Shown: positions 8,530-16,617 of the stretch, piece after piece
How the letters are laid out: every line of letters begins with the position of its first letter
Position numbering within the stretch: the first letter of the stretch is position 1
Assembly (NCBI GenBank): GCA_025451135.1
Contig: JANWKW010000088.1
Coordinates: 1 to 42,481 of the forward strand
Origin: Candidatus Eremiobacteria bacterium
GTDB lineage: Bacteria > Vulcanimicrobiota > Vulcanimicrobiia > Vulcanimicrobiales > Vulcanimicrobiaceae
Direction of reading: 5' to 3'
Length of the DNA stretch: 42,481 nt
Program-made: the position numbers and the translations under genes
The notes under the pieces: generated by a model
Told to the model about the DNA's origin: nothing
Database searches by the model: none
Seen by the model: the letters and a program-made list of their open reading frames with translations, nothing else

Positions 8530-10115
8530 GGCATACCCTCTTCGAGGATGCCCCGAGCGGCCCTCGCGCCTAGGGCTTCGGCCTCGGCGACGGTCGCGAC
8601 CGTCTCCGTTTCGAGCGAGACCCGCAGGCGATCGCCCACGAACGAGCGGAGCGCCACGTGCATCTGCTCGCCGTCGTAGCGCGCGTGGATGCCGATCGGC
8701 GCGTTGCAGCCCGCCCGCAGGGCGCGCAGGGCGGCGCGTTCGGCCGCGACGCAGCGCTCGGTGGCGTCGTCGTTGACCGCGGCCCGAAGCTCGGCCGCGA
8801 GCGGGCTCGGCTCGGCGCGCATCTCGATCGCGAGCGCGCCCTGGGCGGCCGCCGGCACCAGCTCTTCGACCGGGAACGGCACGGTGTGGGTCGCGCGGAC
8901 CTTGAGACGATTGAGCCCGGCCATCGCCAGCACGATCGCGTCGTACTCGCCTTCGCGCAGCTTGCGCAAGCGCGTGTCGACGTTGCCGCGCACGTCGTCG
9001 TACTGCAGGTCGTCGCGCAGGGCTTGGAGCTGCGCGCGCCGGCGCGGGCTCGACGTGCCGACGCGCGCGCCCGCCGGCAGATCCGCGAACGTCGGATAGC
9101 GTTCGCTGCAGTAGGCGTCGCGTGCGTCTTCGCGTTTGGAGATGGCGACCAGCGTCATGTCGTCGGCCAGCCGGCTCGGCAGATCCTTGCACGAGTGCAC
9201 GGCGTAGTCGGCGCGCCGCTCGCGCAGCGCGAGCTCGAGCTCGGTGACGAACACGTTCTCGCTGCCGATCGCGTTGAGGGGCCGGTCGGTGACGCGATCG
9301 CCGGTGGTCGTGACGTTGAGGATGGTGGTCGCGATGCCGCGCTCGGCCAAGCGCGCCGCGACCGCGCGGGTCTGCGTGAGCGCGAGCGCGCTCGCGCGCG
9401 AGGCGCAGACCGCGGCGTGGGTGACGTCGGGATCGGGCGCGCCCGTCGTGTGCCGTTCGACCAGGTCTTCGGCGAGGTGCTCCATCTGGATCGCGTCCAT
9501 CGCGGCGAGTTCCGCGATCGGCAGTTCGCTCAGCTGCCGCAGGATCGGGGCGGCCTCGTCCGGCGAGATGATGGCGCCGAGATAGGTGTTGGCGTGCGCC
9601 AGGACGCGCGCCGCGCGATCGTATCCGTCGAAGCGGTCGTGGAGATCGCGCGCGATGCGCGCCGCGAAGGCCTTCGGGCTTCCGCCGGGATCGACCCCGA
9701 CCTGCAGTTCGCCCAGGCTCGCGGACGCCAGCAGGTCGACGACCGGGACGCCGGCCGCGAGCGCTTCGGCCGCGGCCTCGGCGTCGGAGGACGGATCGCC
9801 GGTGACGACCACGGCGAGGACGGCGCCGTCGAGGGTATCGCAGACGTCCGCGCCGGCCTCGGCCAGGACGTGGGTAGCGGCGAGCGCGTCGATACCGTCG
9901 CCGATGACGGCGACGCGACGACCGGCGACGCGAAGTGAGGCGAGCAGTGCTGTGGTTGTGATGACCGCGCATGATTTCGCAATCCGGCCGCAAACAACTG
10001 CTTCTGTGCAACAGGGTATCGGCACCGGACGTCCCGCGCGTGCCGCCGTCGCGGGCGCCGTCGTCGCCGCCTTCGTCACCCTGCCGGGTCTGGGCGCCGG
10101 ATCGCTCTGGGACAA
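8526..10115 (-). CDS. hemC: Fusion protein: SirC/CysG-N-like precorrin-2 dehydrogenase domain plus hydroxymethylbilane synthase
   Basis: The C-terminal ~297 aa (about 8526-9419) carry HemC motifs: TTGDR, HSCKDLP, GTSSPRRRAQL, RGNVDTRLRKL and the cofactor Cys in AGCNAPIG. The N-terminal part has RRVAVIGDGIDALAA (Rossmann-like) and QVGVDPGGSPKAFAARIARDL, as in siroheme-synthase N domains. The start is uncertain: TTG 10115, GTG near 10079, or GTG near 10025. Confidence 0.8.
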   Translation of the reverse strand: MSQSDPAPRPGRVTKAATTAPATAARAGRPVPIPCCTEAVVCGRIAKSCAVITTTALLASLRVAGRRVAVIGDGIDALAATHVLAEAGADVCDTLDGAVLAVVVTGDPSSDAEAAAEALAAGVPVVDLLASASLGELQVGVDPGGSPKAFAARIARDLHDRFDGYDRAARVLAHANTYLGAIISPDEAAPILRQLSELPIAELAAMDAIQMEHLAEDLVERHTTGAPDPDVTHAAVCASRASALALTQTRAVAARLAERGIATTILNVTTTGDRVTDRPLNAIGSENVFVTELELALRERRADYAVHSCKDLPSRLADDMTLVAISKREDARDAYCSERYPTFADLPAGARVGTSSPRRRAQLQALRDDLQYDDVRGNVDTRLRKLREGEYDAIVLAMAGLNRLKVRATHTVPFPVEELVPAAAQGALAIEMRAEPSPLAAELRAAVNDDATERCVAAERAALRALRAGCNAPIGIHARYDGEQMHVALRSFVGDRLRVSLETETVATVAEAEALGARAARGILEEGMP

Positions 10116-11673
10116 TAGCGAGACCGCCTACGGCGAGGTCGCGCGCGAGATCCTCCTGACGCACGACTGGCTGGTGATGCACCTCAACGGCCATCCGTGG
10201 TACGTCCAGCCACCGCTCTACTTCTGGATCGCGGCGATCTGCGCCAAGCTCTTCGGCGTCACGTCGTTCGCTCTGCGGCTGCCCGCGGCGCTCGCGACCG
10301 TCGCGATGGGCGCGATGACGGGGTATGCGGTCGCCCGCCAGGTCGGCACGCGGGCCGGGATCTTCGCGAGCATCATCTTATCGACGTGCCTGATGCAGGC
10401 GGTGGTCGGGCGGATGGCCATCATGGACGCGTTGCTCGACCTGGCGGTGGCGTTCGCGATCTTCTGGTGGTTCCGCGCGCTGCAGACCGGGCGCGACCGC
10501 TACGTCATCTTCGGCTGGGTCGCGGCCGCCCTCGGCTTCCTGGTCAAGGGCCCGGTCGCGCCCGTCCTGGCGCTGCTCGTGATCGTGCCGTATGCGATCT
10601 GGAACCGCCGGGCCGAGACGATCCGGCTCCCGAGCGCGCGCGCCTGGATCGTCTCGGTGCTGGTCTTCGTCGCGATCGTCGCTCCGTGGTACGTCTTATT
10701 GGTCTCGCGCGACGGCATCGCGGCCGTGCAGATCCAGATCATGAAATACACCGTGGGCCGGTTCACCGGCGTGATCGAGAACCAGGCCGGGCCGATCTGG
10801 TACTACCTGCCGGTCATGGTGATCGGGTTCTTCCCGTGGATCGCTTTCCTCCCGGTCGCGCTCGCATGGGGTATCGCGCGCCTGCGATCCGCACAGACAT
10901 CGCCCGAGACCGCGCGACTAGTGCGCTTGGCGATCGTCTGGACGGTCGTGCCGCTGGTGTTCTTCAGCCTGGCGAAGACCAAGCTGCCGAACTACATCGC
11001 GCTCGAGTTCCCGGCGACCGCGCTGCTGGCGGGCCTGTACTTCGATGCGATGGCGACCGACGGGCGTCGCCGGCTGGGCCTGATCGTCTCGGCCGCGACG
11101 GTCCCGGTCTTCATCGGTCTGATGGCGATCGCGATCGCCATCTTCGCGCGCGACAACCGGTTGACGGCCGACGTCCACGAGCTGGTGCCGGATCTCATCG
11201 CGATGGGCGCGACGCTCGCGGCCGGCGCGCTCCTGACGCTGGTCTTCGTCGCGCGACGCCGGACGCTGGCGTATGCGCCGTACGCGCTGGGCGTCGCGAT
11301 GCTCGTGATGGTCGACGTGATGGCGGTGGTCGCGCTGCCGCACGCCGAGGCGTTCAAGCCGGTGCCCGCGCTCGCGCAGACGATCCAGGCCCAACGCCGC
11401 GACGGCGACGTGGTAGCGATCCAGAGCGTGGCCGGCGGCAACGCCCTGGTGTTCTACACGCAGCCGACGGTCGCGGTGCTGGCCGCGCCCGACGCGCCGG
11501 CCAACGACCTCGGCGAATCCGCCCGCAGCATCATCTGCGCCGCGCCGCGCGCGTTCGTCATCGCGCCCAAGAAGCGGCCGGCGTTCGATCCGACCTATGG
11601 CCGCAGCCGCCGCATCATCGCCGAGTCGGGGCGGGCCGTCCTGTTCCTCTACGACGGCCCGCGCTGCACGTAG
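9961..11673 (+). CDS. ArnT/PMT-type polytopic glycosyltransferase (GT39/GT83-like)
   Basis: LWDNSETAYGEVAREILLTHDW...VQPPLYFW is the typical N-terminal loop motif, and the protein has more than 10 TM helices. ATG at 9961, with an alternative GTG at 10006. The 5' end overlaps the divergent hemC-fusion ORF. Confidence 0.75.
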   Translation: MTAHDFAIRPQTTASVQQGIGTGRPARAAVAGAVVAAFVTLPGLGAGSLWDNSETAYGEVAREILLTHDWLVMHLNGHPWYVQPPLYFWIAAICAKLFGVTSFALRLPAALATVAMGAMTGYAVARQVGTRAGIFASIILSTCLMQAVVGRMAIMDALLDLAVAFAIFWWFRALQTGRDRYVIFGWVAAALGFLVKGPVAPVLALLVIVPYAIWNRRAETIRLPSARAWIVSVLVFVAIVAPWYVLLVSRDGIAAVQIQIMKYTVGRFTGVIENQAGPIWYYLPVMVIGFFPWIAFLPVALAWGIARLRSAQTSPETARLVRLAIVWTVVPLVFFSLAKTKLPNYIALEFPATALLAGLYFDAMATDGRRRLGLIVSAATVPVFIGLMAIAIAIFARDNRLTADVHELVPDLIAMGATLAAGALLTLVFVARRRTLAYAPYALGVAMLVMVDVMAVVALPHAEAFKPVPALAQTIQAQRRDGDVVAIQSVAGGNALVFYTQPTVAVLAAPDAPANDLGESARSIICAAPRAFVIAPKKRPAFDPTYGRSRRIIAESGRAVLFLYDGPRCT

Positions 11674-11679
11674 CCGTTC

Positions 11680-12126
11680 CTACATCGGGGCGGTCGGACA
11701 GATCTTCGCGACGGCGGATGCGGGGATGTAGTACGCGTGGATGTCGTAGTGCGAGAACTCCATCCCGGGATGTCCGTTCGTGTGCTGGATGTCGACGTGA
11801 TCGATCGTGTGTCCCGGCAGCGGTTTGAGATCCAGAAAGCTCTTCCCGGCGGCGAAATCCTTCGGCGTCAGCATGACTTCGCTGAAGATGACCTGACCCC
11901 GATACGTCCCGTAGAGTACGGTGCCGTTGAGCGGCGCTTTGAGATTCGCCCAATGCTCGCCCATCTGACGGACGCACGGCGAAACGAGCACGTATCCGGC
12001 CGGGATGCCGGCCGGAACGATCTTCGGCTGGGGCGGCAGCGGCGGCGGCGCGGCGGCTCGGGCACCGGCGCCGAGAAACGCGAGCGAACACGCGAGGGCG
12101 AAACCCGTGGCTAGGGTACGCGTCAT
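11680..12126 (-). CDS. Secreted hypothetical protein with a His-rich C-terminal half
   Basis: Signal peptide MTRTLATGFALACSLAFLGAGARAAA. Motifs MGEHW and HTIDHVDIQHTNGHPGMEFSHYDIH. AGGAGGGAG lies directly upstream of the ATG. Confidence 0.6.
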   Translation of the reverse strand: MTRTLATGFALACSLAFLGAGARAAAPPPLPPQPKIVPAGIPAGYVLVSPCVRQMGEHWANLKAPLNGTVLYGTYRGQVIFSEVMLTPKDFAAGKSFLDLKPLPGHTIDHVDIQHTNGHPGMEFSHYDIHAYYIPASAVAKICPTAPM

Positions 12127-12137
12127 GGACTCCCTCC

Positions 12138-12174
12138 TACAAAAGCGACGAGGACCGGCAGATGCCGGTCCTCG
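12138..12174 (-). terminator. Rho-independent terminator after the cytochrome b/c gene
   Basis: On the minus strand: CGAGGACCGGC-ATCT-GCCGGTCCTCG, a perfect 11-bp stem (12174-12149), followed by TCGCTTTTGT. Confidence 0.7.
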
Positions 12175-12211
12175 CTTGCTTTGTCCGCCGACGCGCGGTC
12201 GCCTGTTCGGC

Positions 12212-13612
12212 TTACTTGAGCGTGCGGATGTAGCCGACGACGGCGTCGATCTCGGCCGGCTTGAGGGTGCCCTTCCAGGCGGGCATCATGCCGTCGTACT
12301 TCGTGCCGTTGACGGCGATCGCGCCGTGCAGGCCGTTGGCCACGATGTCGGTCACCTTGGCGACCGGACCTTGGACGACCGGATTGCCGGCCAGCGGCGG
12401 GAACGCGCCGGGCGAGCCCGCACCGGTCGCGCCGTGGCACGACGAGCAGTTGGCCGCATAGACCTTCGAGCCGTCGACGGCGCTCGGCGCGGCGGACGTC
12501 GTGGTGGTGGTCGTCGACGCGGGCGCGACGATCTTCGAACCGTCGACCGGCTTGTAGCTCGAGGCGGCTTCCTTCGCGGCGATGCCGGCCTGGCTCCAGA
12601 ACGTCAGGCCGAGGATGATCGCCATCGCGATCGTGAGCATCCAGAGGATCGGCTTGCGCGATCCGAACGTGCGGGTCGTGCTGCGGTCGATCCACGGCAG
12701 CAGCACCAGGATGGTGGTCGCGATGCCCGGGATGATGATCGCGCCGACGATCTCCAGGCTGCCCGGCACGAGGTTGAGCAGGCCGAAGAGATCCAGGAAG
12801 TACCACGCCGGATACGGCACGAACTGCGACTGCGTCGGATCCGCCTTCGCGTCGAGACCCGGCGGCGCGATGAACGAGAGCCCGATGATGATCAGGAAGA
12901 TCACGAACGACGCGACCGTGTCCATGAACATCTGATCCGGCCAGAAGCGTCCGGGCTTGAGCGGACGCGGGTCCTCGACCGGCGGGCCGGCCGGGCCGTT
13001 GTGGCGGAAGATCGCCAGGTGCGCGCCGACCAGCGCGACCAGCGCCGCCGGCATCAGCCAGACGTGCAGGCCGAAGAAACGGTTGATCGTGAGCGTGCCC
13101 ATGGTCGTGCCGTCCTGCGCGAACGTCTGGATGAAGTTGCCGACCACCGGCATCGTCAGCGTCAGATTGATCGCGACCTGCGACGCGAAGTACGCGTTCA
13201 TGTCCCACGGCAGCAGGTAGCCGGTCAGGCCGAGCACCATGGTGACCAGCAGCAGCAGCACGCCGACGATCCATTGGATCTCGCGCGGCGACTTGTACGC
13301 GCCCCACACCACCACTTGAAGCAGGTGCAGGAAGACCAGCGAGATCATCGCCGACGCGCCCCAATAGTGCATCGAGAGCACGAAGTGCTGGAACGGGTTG
13401 TTGTAGATGGCTTGCGTCGACTCCCACGCCGTGTTCGCCGACGGGGCGTAGAAGAACGTCAGGAAGATGCCGGTCACGATCTGCAGGATCATCGCGAAGA
13501 TGGTCGCGGATCCGAAGACGTACCAGTAGCTCGCGCCGCCCGGGATGTCTTCCGTCAGAAAGTCCTTCGCCATCGTGACGAAGCCGGTGCGCTGATCGAT
13601 CCAGTTGAGCAT
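12212..13612 (-). CDS. qcrB: Fused cytochrome b6 + subunit IV + mono-haem cytochrome c of a menaquinol:cytochrome c reductase
   Basis: Helix B His pair is spaced 13 residues apart (MHYWGASAMISLVFLH). Helix D His pair is spaced 14 (LHVWLMPAALVALVGAH), which is b6-type. A Qo-motif variant PAWYF is present. A poly-Thr linker is followed by CSSCH haem c attachment and a GMMPAW Met ligand. Confidence 0.9.
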   Translation of the reverse strand: MLNWIDQRTGFVTMAKDFLTEDIPGGASYWYVFGSATIFAMILQIVTGIFLTFFYAPSANTAWESTQAIYNNPFQHFVLSMHYWGASAMISLVFLHLLQVVVWGAYKSPREIQWIVGVLLLLVTMVLGLTGYLLPWDMNAYFASQVAINLTLTMPVVGNFIQTFAQDGTTMGTLTINRFFGLHVWLMPAALVALVGAHLAIFRHNGPAGPPVEDPRPLKPGRFWPDQMFMDTVASFVIFLIIIGLSFIAPPGLDAKADPTQSQFVPYPAWYFLDLFGLLNLVPGSLEIVGAIIIPGIATTILVLLPWIDRSTTRTFGSRKPILWMLTIAMAIILGLTFWSQAGIAAKEAASSYKPVDGSKIVAPASTTTTTTSAAPSAVDGSKVYAANCSSCHGATGAGSPGAFPPLAGNPVVQGPVAKVTDIVANGLHGAIAVNGTKYDGMMPAWKGTLKPAEIDAVVGYIRTLK

Positions 13613-13627
13613 TGTGCGCTGTCCCTC

Positions 13628-14275
13628 TTAGCTCGTGTACGATACGACGATGCGGTCGGGGACCGTCGGCGCGTAGCGGATCCACGTGATCTCCGCCGTT
13701 CCGCTCTGCTCGCGCAGCGGGAGCGGGTCGAGGCCGCGGTCGGCCGGACCGGCGAGATGATCGCCCTCCGGGCCGAACTGCGAGCCGTGGCACGGGCACA
13801 AGAACTTGCCGGCCGAGTCGTCGTAGTTGAAGCGGCAGCCGAGATGCGGACAGATCGGGCTGAAGATCGCGAAGCCCATGTTCACCGCCGGGTAGGGCAC
13901 GTCGCCGCCCTTGACCTCGTAGATGTCCGGGCGGAGCTTTTTGAACTTCTCCACGTCGACTTTGACGCCCCAGACGGACTCGGGCGAGGAGTCTTCGGGC
14001 AGATACGCATCCTTGTTCTTGAGGACGAAGTCGATCTTGACGGGCTTGTCGGTCGAGCTCTGGAGCTCTTTCCAGCCGGCCGCGTCGAGCGCCGTCCAGG
14101 CGCCGCCGCCGGCTCCGGTCTTCGGAAGGAGCGACCCGACGATCGGGATCGCGAGGCCGAGGCCGATGATGCCGCCCAGCGTCAGGGTGGCGTTGGCCAT
14201 GAAGGTTCGGCGGGTGACTTCTTCGGGCGTACCCGGGTCGTCATACGCGGACGGGCCGCGGTGGTCGTTCGACAA
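13628..14275 (-). CDS. qcrA: Rieske [2Fe-2S] subunit of the bc-type complex
   Basis: Twin-arginine signal TRRTFMANA. Rieske boxes CPHLGC and CPCHGS. TTG start with GGAG 9 nt upstream. Confidence 0.9.
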   Translation of the reverse strand: MSNDHRGPSAYDDPGTPEEVTRRTFMANATLTLGGIIGLGLAIPIVGSLLPKTGAGGGAWTALDAAGWKELQSSTDKPVKIDFVLKNKDAYLPEDSSPESVWGVKVDVEKFKKLRPDIYEVKGGDVPYPAVNMGFAIFSPICPHLGCRFNYDDSAGKFLCPCHGSQFGPEGDHLAGPADRGLDPLPLREQSGTAEITWIRYAPTVPDRIVVSYTS

Positions 14276-14367
14276 GGTTGTAATCTCCGGAATCGCAACG
14301 GGAACGAGACCCGTCCTAGGGGGCGGTGTTCTTTGCGATTCTACGCGGCCCTTCGAGGGCGCCGCCG

Positions 14368-14400
14368 CTACAAAAGAGGGCGGCCGGAACCGGCCCGGCC
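14368..14400 (-). terminator. GC-rich hairpin plus T-tract between ccsA and the Rieske gene (terminator or attenuator candidate)
   Basis: The minus strand reads GGGCCGGGCCGG-TT-CCGGCCGCCC followed by TCTTTTGTAG. The stem has a 2-nt bulge and a tight loop. The downstream motif CTTTTGTAG is the same as at the 12138 terminator. Confidence 0.35.
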
Positions 14401-14410
14401 CGGGGACGGG

Positions 14411-15280
14411 CTAGCGCTGGTACGCGTGGAGGCCGGCGTGGATGAAGATGTTGACGCCGAGGTAGGTGAACAGCACCACGAAAAAGCTCGCGAAGCAGAT
14501 CCAGGCGCTGGCCATCCCGCGCCATGCGTTGCGGGTGTGCAGATGCATGTAGATCGCGTAGGCGATCCAGGACGACATCGCGGCGGTCTCTTTGGGATCC
14601 CACTGCCAGTAGGCGCCCCACGCCTCGTGCGCCCACATCGCCCCGGTGATGATGCCCAGCGTGAGCAGCGGCAGGCCGACCGCGACCGCCCGATAGGTCA
14701 GCACGTCGAGCTGCGGCAGCGACGGGAAGGAGGCGAGCCAGCCGCCGGTCGCGGCGACCGAGGCTTGTCCGCCCGCGGTCGCCATGGCCGCGGTCTTGGC
14801 GAGCGAGCGTTCGACGTAGTAGCGCACGAGATAGAGCCCCGCGAGCACGAACGAGACGAGGAACGCGCCGTACGAGGAGACGACCAGCGGCACGTGGATC
14901 TTGGCCCAATACGACTGCAGGGACGGGACCGCCGGCATGGTGCCTTCGTTCCAGGTGGTCGCGTAGGCGAGGAACAGGGCGGCGATCGCGATCACGAAGC
15001 CGCCCGCGAACCACAGGTCGTAGCGGATCGCGAAGATGATGAAGATCAACACGGCGACGGCCGCGAAGAGCGAGAGCGAACCGTAGAGGTTGAGCAGCGG
15101 CCAGATGCCGGTGATCTCGAAGCGGGCGATCAGCTGCGCGAACTGCGCGGCGCATCCCAGCACCGCGAGCGGGGCGCCGAACGCGCGCAGCGCCGGCTGC
15201 CGGGTGAAGAAGTAGGCGAGCAGGGCCAGCGCGGCGATCGCGTACGCCGCGAGCGCCAGTTTCATCAGGACGATGTCCAT
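14411..15280 (-). CDS. ccsA: Cytochrome c biogenesis protein CcsA/ResC (system II haem handling)
   Basis: Trp-rich haem-binding motif WGAYWQWDPKE with flanking conserved His residues. Polytopic membrane protein. Confidence 0.9.
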   Translation of the reverse strand: MDIVLMKLALAAYAIAALALLAYFFTRQPALRAFGAPLAVLGCAAQFAQLIARFEITGIWPLLNLYGSLSLFAAVAVLIFIIFAIRYDLWFAGGFVIAIAALFLAYATTWNEGTMPAVPSLQSYWAKIHVPLVVSSYGAFLVSFVLAGLYLVRYYVERSLAKTAAMATAGGQASVAATGGWLASFPSLPQLDVLTYRAVAVGLPLLTLGIITGAMWAHEAWGAYWQWDPKETAAMSSWIAYAIYMHLHTRNAWRGMASAWICFASFFVVLFTYLGVNIFIHAGLHAYQR

Positions 15281-16617
15281 GCGTTACCTTCCAATGCTTT
15301 CGTCAGCTCGCCGAACTGCTTTTCGTAGATATCGTAGCCTTTCACGGTCGTCGCGGCAACGCCTACGGTCGCCGTGCCTTCCGGGCCCTCGTCGACCCGT
15401 ACGTACAGGCGCGCCGGCAGGAAATAGAAGGCGATCACCAATCCCGCCAGCAGCACGAACGCGCCGACGCCGACCAGCGTCGCGCCCGGGTCGTAGCGGT
15501 ACTGCAGGCCGGTGTACATCAGGTAGGTGTGCGGCACGATCCGCCAGCCGCCGCCCAGATCGATCCACGTCTGGAGCGGCACCAGGGCCGCGCCTACCTG
15601 CGCGTCGCCGTTGAAGACGTTGAGCACCACGGCCGGGTCGTTGACCCGCGGATCCGGGCCGGGCTGACCGGTCACCCGGTCGACGGTCGGGACGAAGCGG
15701 GCGTACTGGACGCTCTTCAGGGTGCCGGGGATCTCGAGCGCCTCGCCCTCCATCAGGGTGCGATCCGAGAGCGAGCCGACCCGCGCGCCGTTATGCGTGA
15801 CGTCGAAACGCATCGCGAAGCCGTACGAGGCCTGGTAGTAGAGCGTGCCGTCGATGTCGATCGGCTGGTTGACGCGGATCGTCTCGTGCTTGGCGACGCC
15901 GTCGTTCCCGGTGACGGTGACGTGCGAGACGTAGTCGATCGGCTGATAGACCATGCCGCTCTTAGTCGCGATCGGTTGGATCTTGTATCCGAAGGTATCC
16001 AGACGGACGAGCGCGTGGGTGCGCGGGATCTCGAACGTCTGGCCGGTCACGATCGCCGCCTCGCCCGCGAATCCGCGCGCCCAATAGATGGTCGCGCCGG
16101 CCGCGATGATGACGAAGCCCAGATGCGCGATCAGCACGCCGCGGCGCGCCCAGTTGAACCGGTCGGCGAAGATCCATTCGGCGCCGTCGAAGGTGCGCTC
16201 GCGCACCTGCCATCCGCGCTTGCGGAAGAACGCGTCGACCTTGGCGCGCACGTCGTCGACCGTGCCCGGGATCGCGATCGAGGCGTTGAGCGGGATCTTG
16301 TCGATCCTGACCGGCCGCAGCGGCGGCAGCCTTGCCGGGATCACGCGCTTGAACGTGCAGACCGTCAGCGAGAGCAAGATCAGGCCGATGATGCCGACGT
16401 ACCAATACGAATGGTAGATGTTGTCGAACCCGAGCCGGACGATCGCGCGCGCGACCGGGGCGGCGTAGGCGTCGAAGTACGCGCTCGGCTCGAGACCCTG
16501 CTCGACCACCACGCCGATCAGCGTGAGCACGCCCCAGACCAAGAACAGGCAGACGGCGAAGAGCACGTTGCCGAACGTGCGGACGAAATCTTCGTAGAGG
16601 TCGCGCAGACCGCTCAC
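15265..16617 (-). CDS. resB: Cytochrome c biogenesis protein ResB/CcsB (Ccs1)
   Basis: The GTG at 16617 overlaps the tatC stop (GTGA). An N-terminal TM pair, a large soluble loop and a C-terminal TM match ResB architecture. It overlaps ccsA by 16 nt. Confidence 0.85.
   Translation of the reverse strand: MSGLRDLYEDFVRTFGNVLFAVCLFLVWGVLTLIGVVVEQGLEPSAYFDAYAAPVARAIVRLGFDNIYHSYWYVGIIGLILLSLTVCTFKRVIPARLPPLRPVRIDKIPLNASIAIPGTVDDVRAKVDAFFRKRGWQVRERTFDGAEWIFADRFNWARRGVLIAHLGFVIIAAGATIYWARGFAGEAAIVTGQTFEIPRTHALVRLDTFGYKIQPIATKSGMVYQPIDYVSHVTVTGNDGVAKHETIRVNQPIDIDGTLYYQASYGFAMRFDVTHNGARVGSLSDRTLMEGEALEIPGTLKSVQYARFVPTVDRVTGQPGPDPRVNDPAVVLNVFNGDAQVGAALVPLQTWIDLGGGWRIVPHTYLMYTGLQYRYDPGATLVGVGAFVLLAGLVIAFYFLPARLYVRVDEGPEGTATVGVAATTVKGYDIYEKQFGELTKALEGNAWTSS

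Noticed and set aside
12481-12530. GTGGTGGTGGTCGTCG low-complexity tract.
   Set aside because: It is the coding sequence of the poly-Thr/Ser linker between the membrane part and the cytochrome c domain of the b/c fusion. It is not an independent repeat element.
14341-14367. CTACGCGGCCCTTCGAGGGCGCC, which looks vaguely like the TCGAGGG end of the 35-bp repeat.
   Set aside because: Only the TCGAGGG heptamer matches. The GTCATCCCGAGC half and the pentamer core are absent, so I do not count it as a third copy.
12005-15328. Very long plus-strand ORF (1107 aa), together with similar giants: 21415-24159 (+), 3952-5595 (+), 25863-27590 (+), 27611-29788 (+), 19416-20207 (-), and the 5' part of 6982-10194 (-).
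   Set aside because: The translations are Arg/Gly/Asp/Pro-rich and low in complexity. These ORFs lie antisense to, or out of frame with, genes that carry clear family motifs. Stop-free alternative frames of this kind are expected in very GC-rich DNA.
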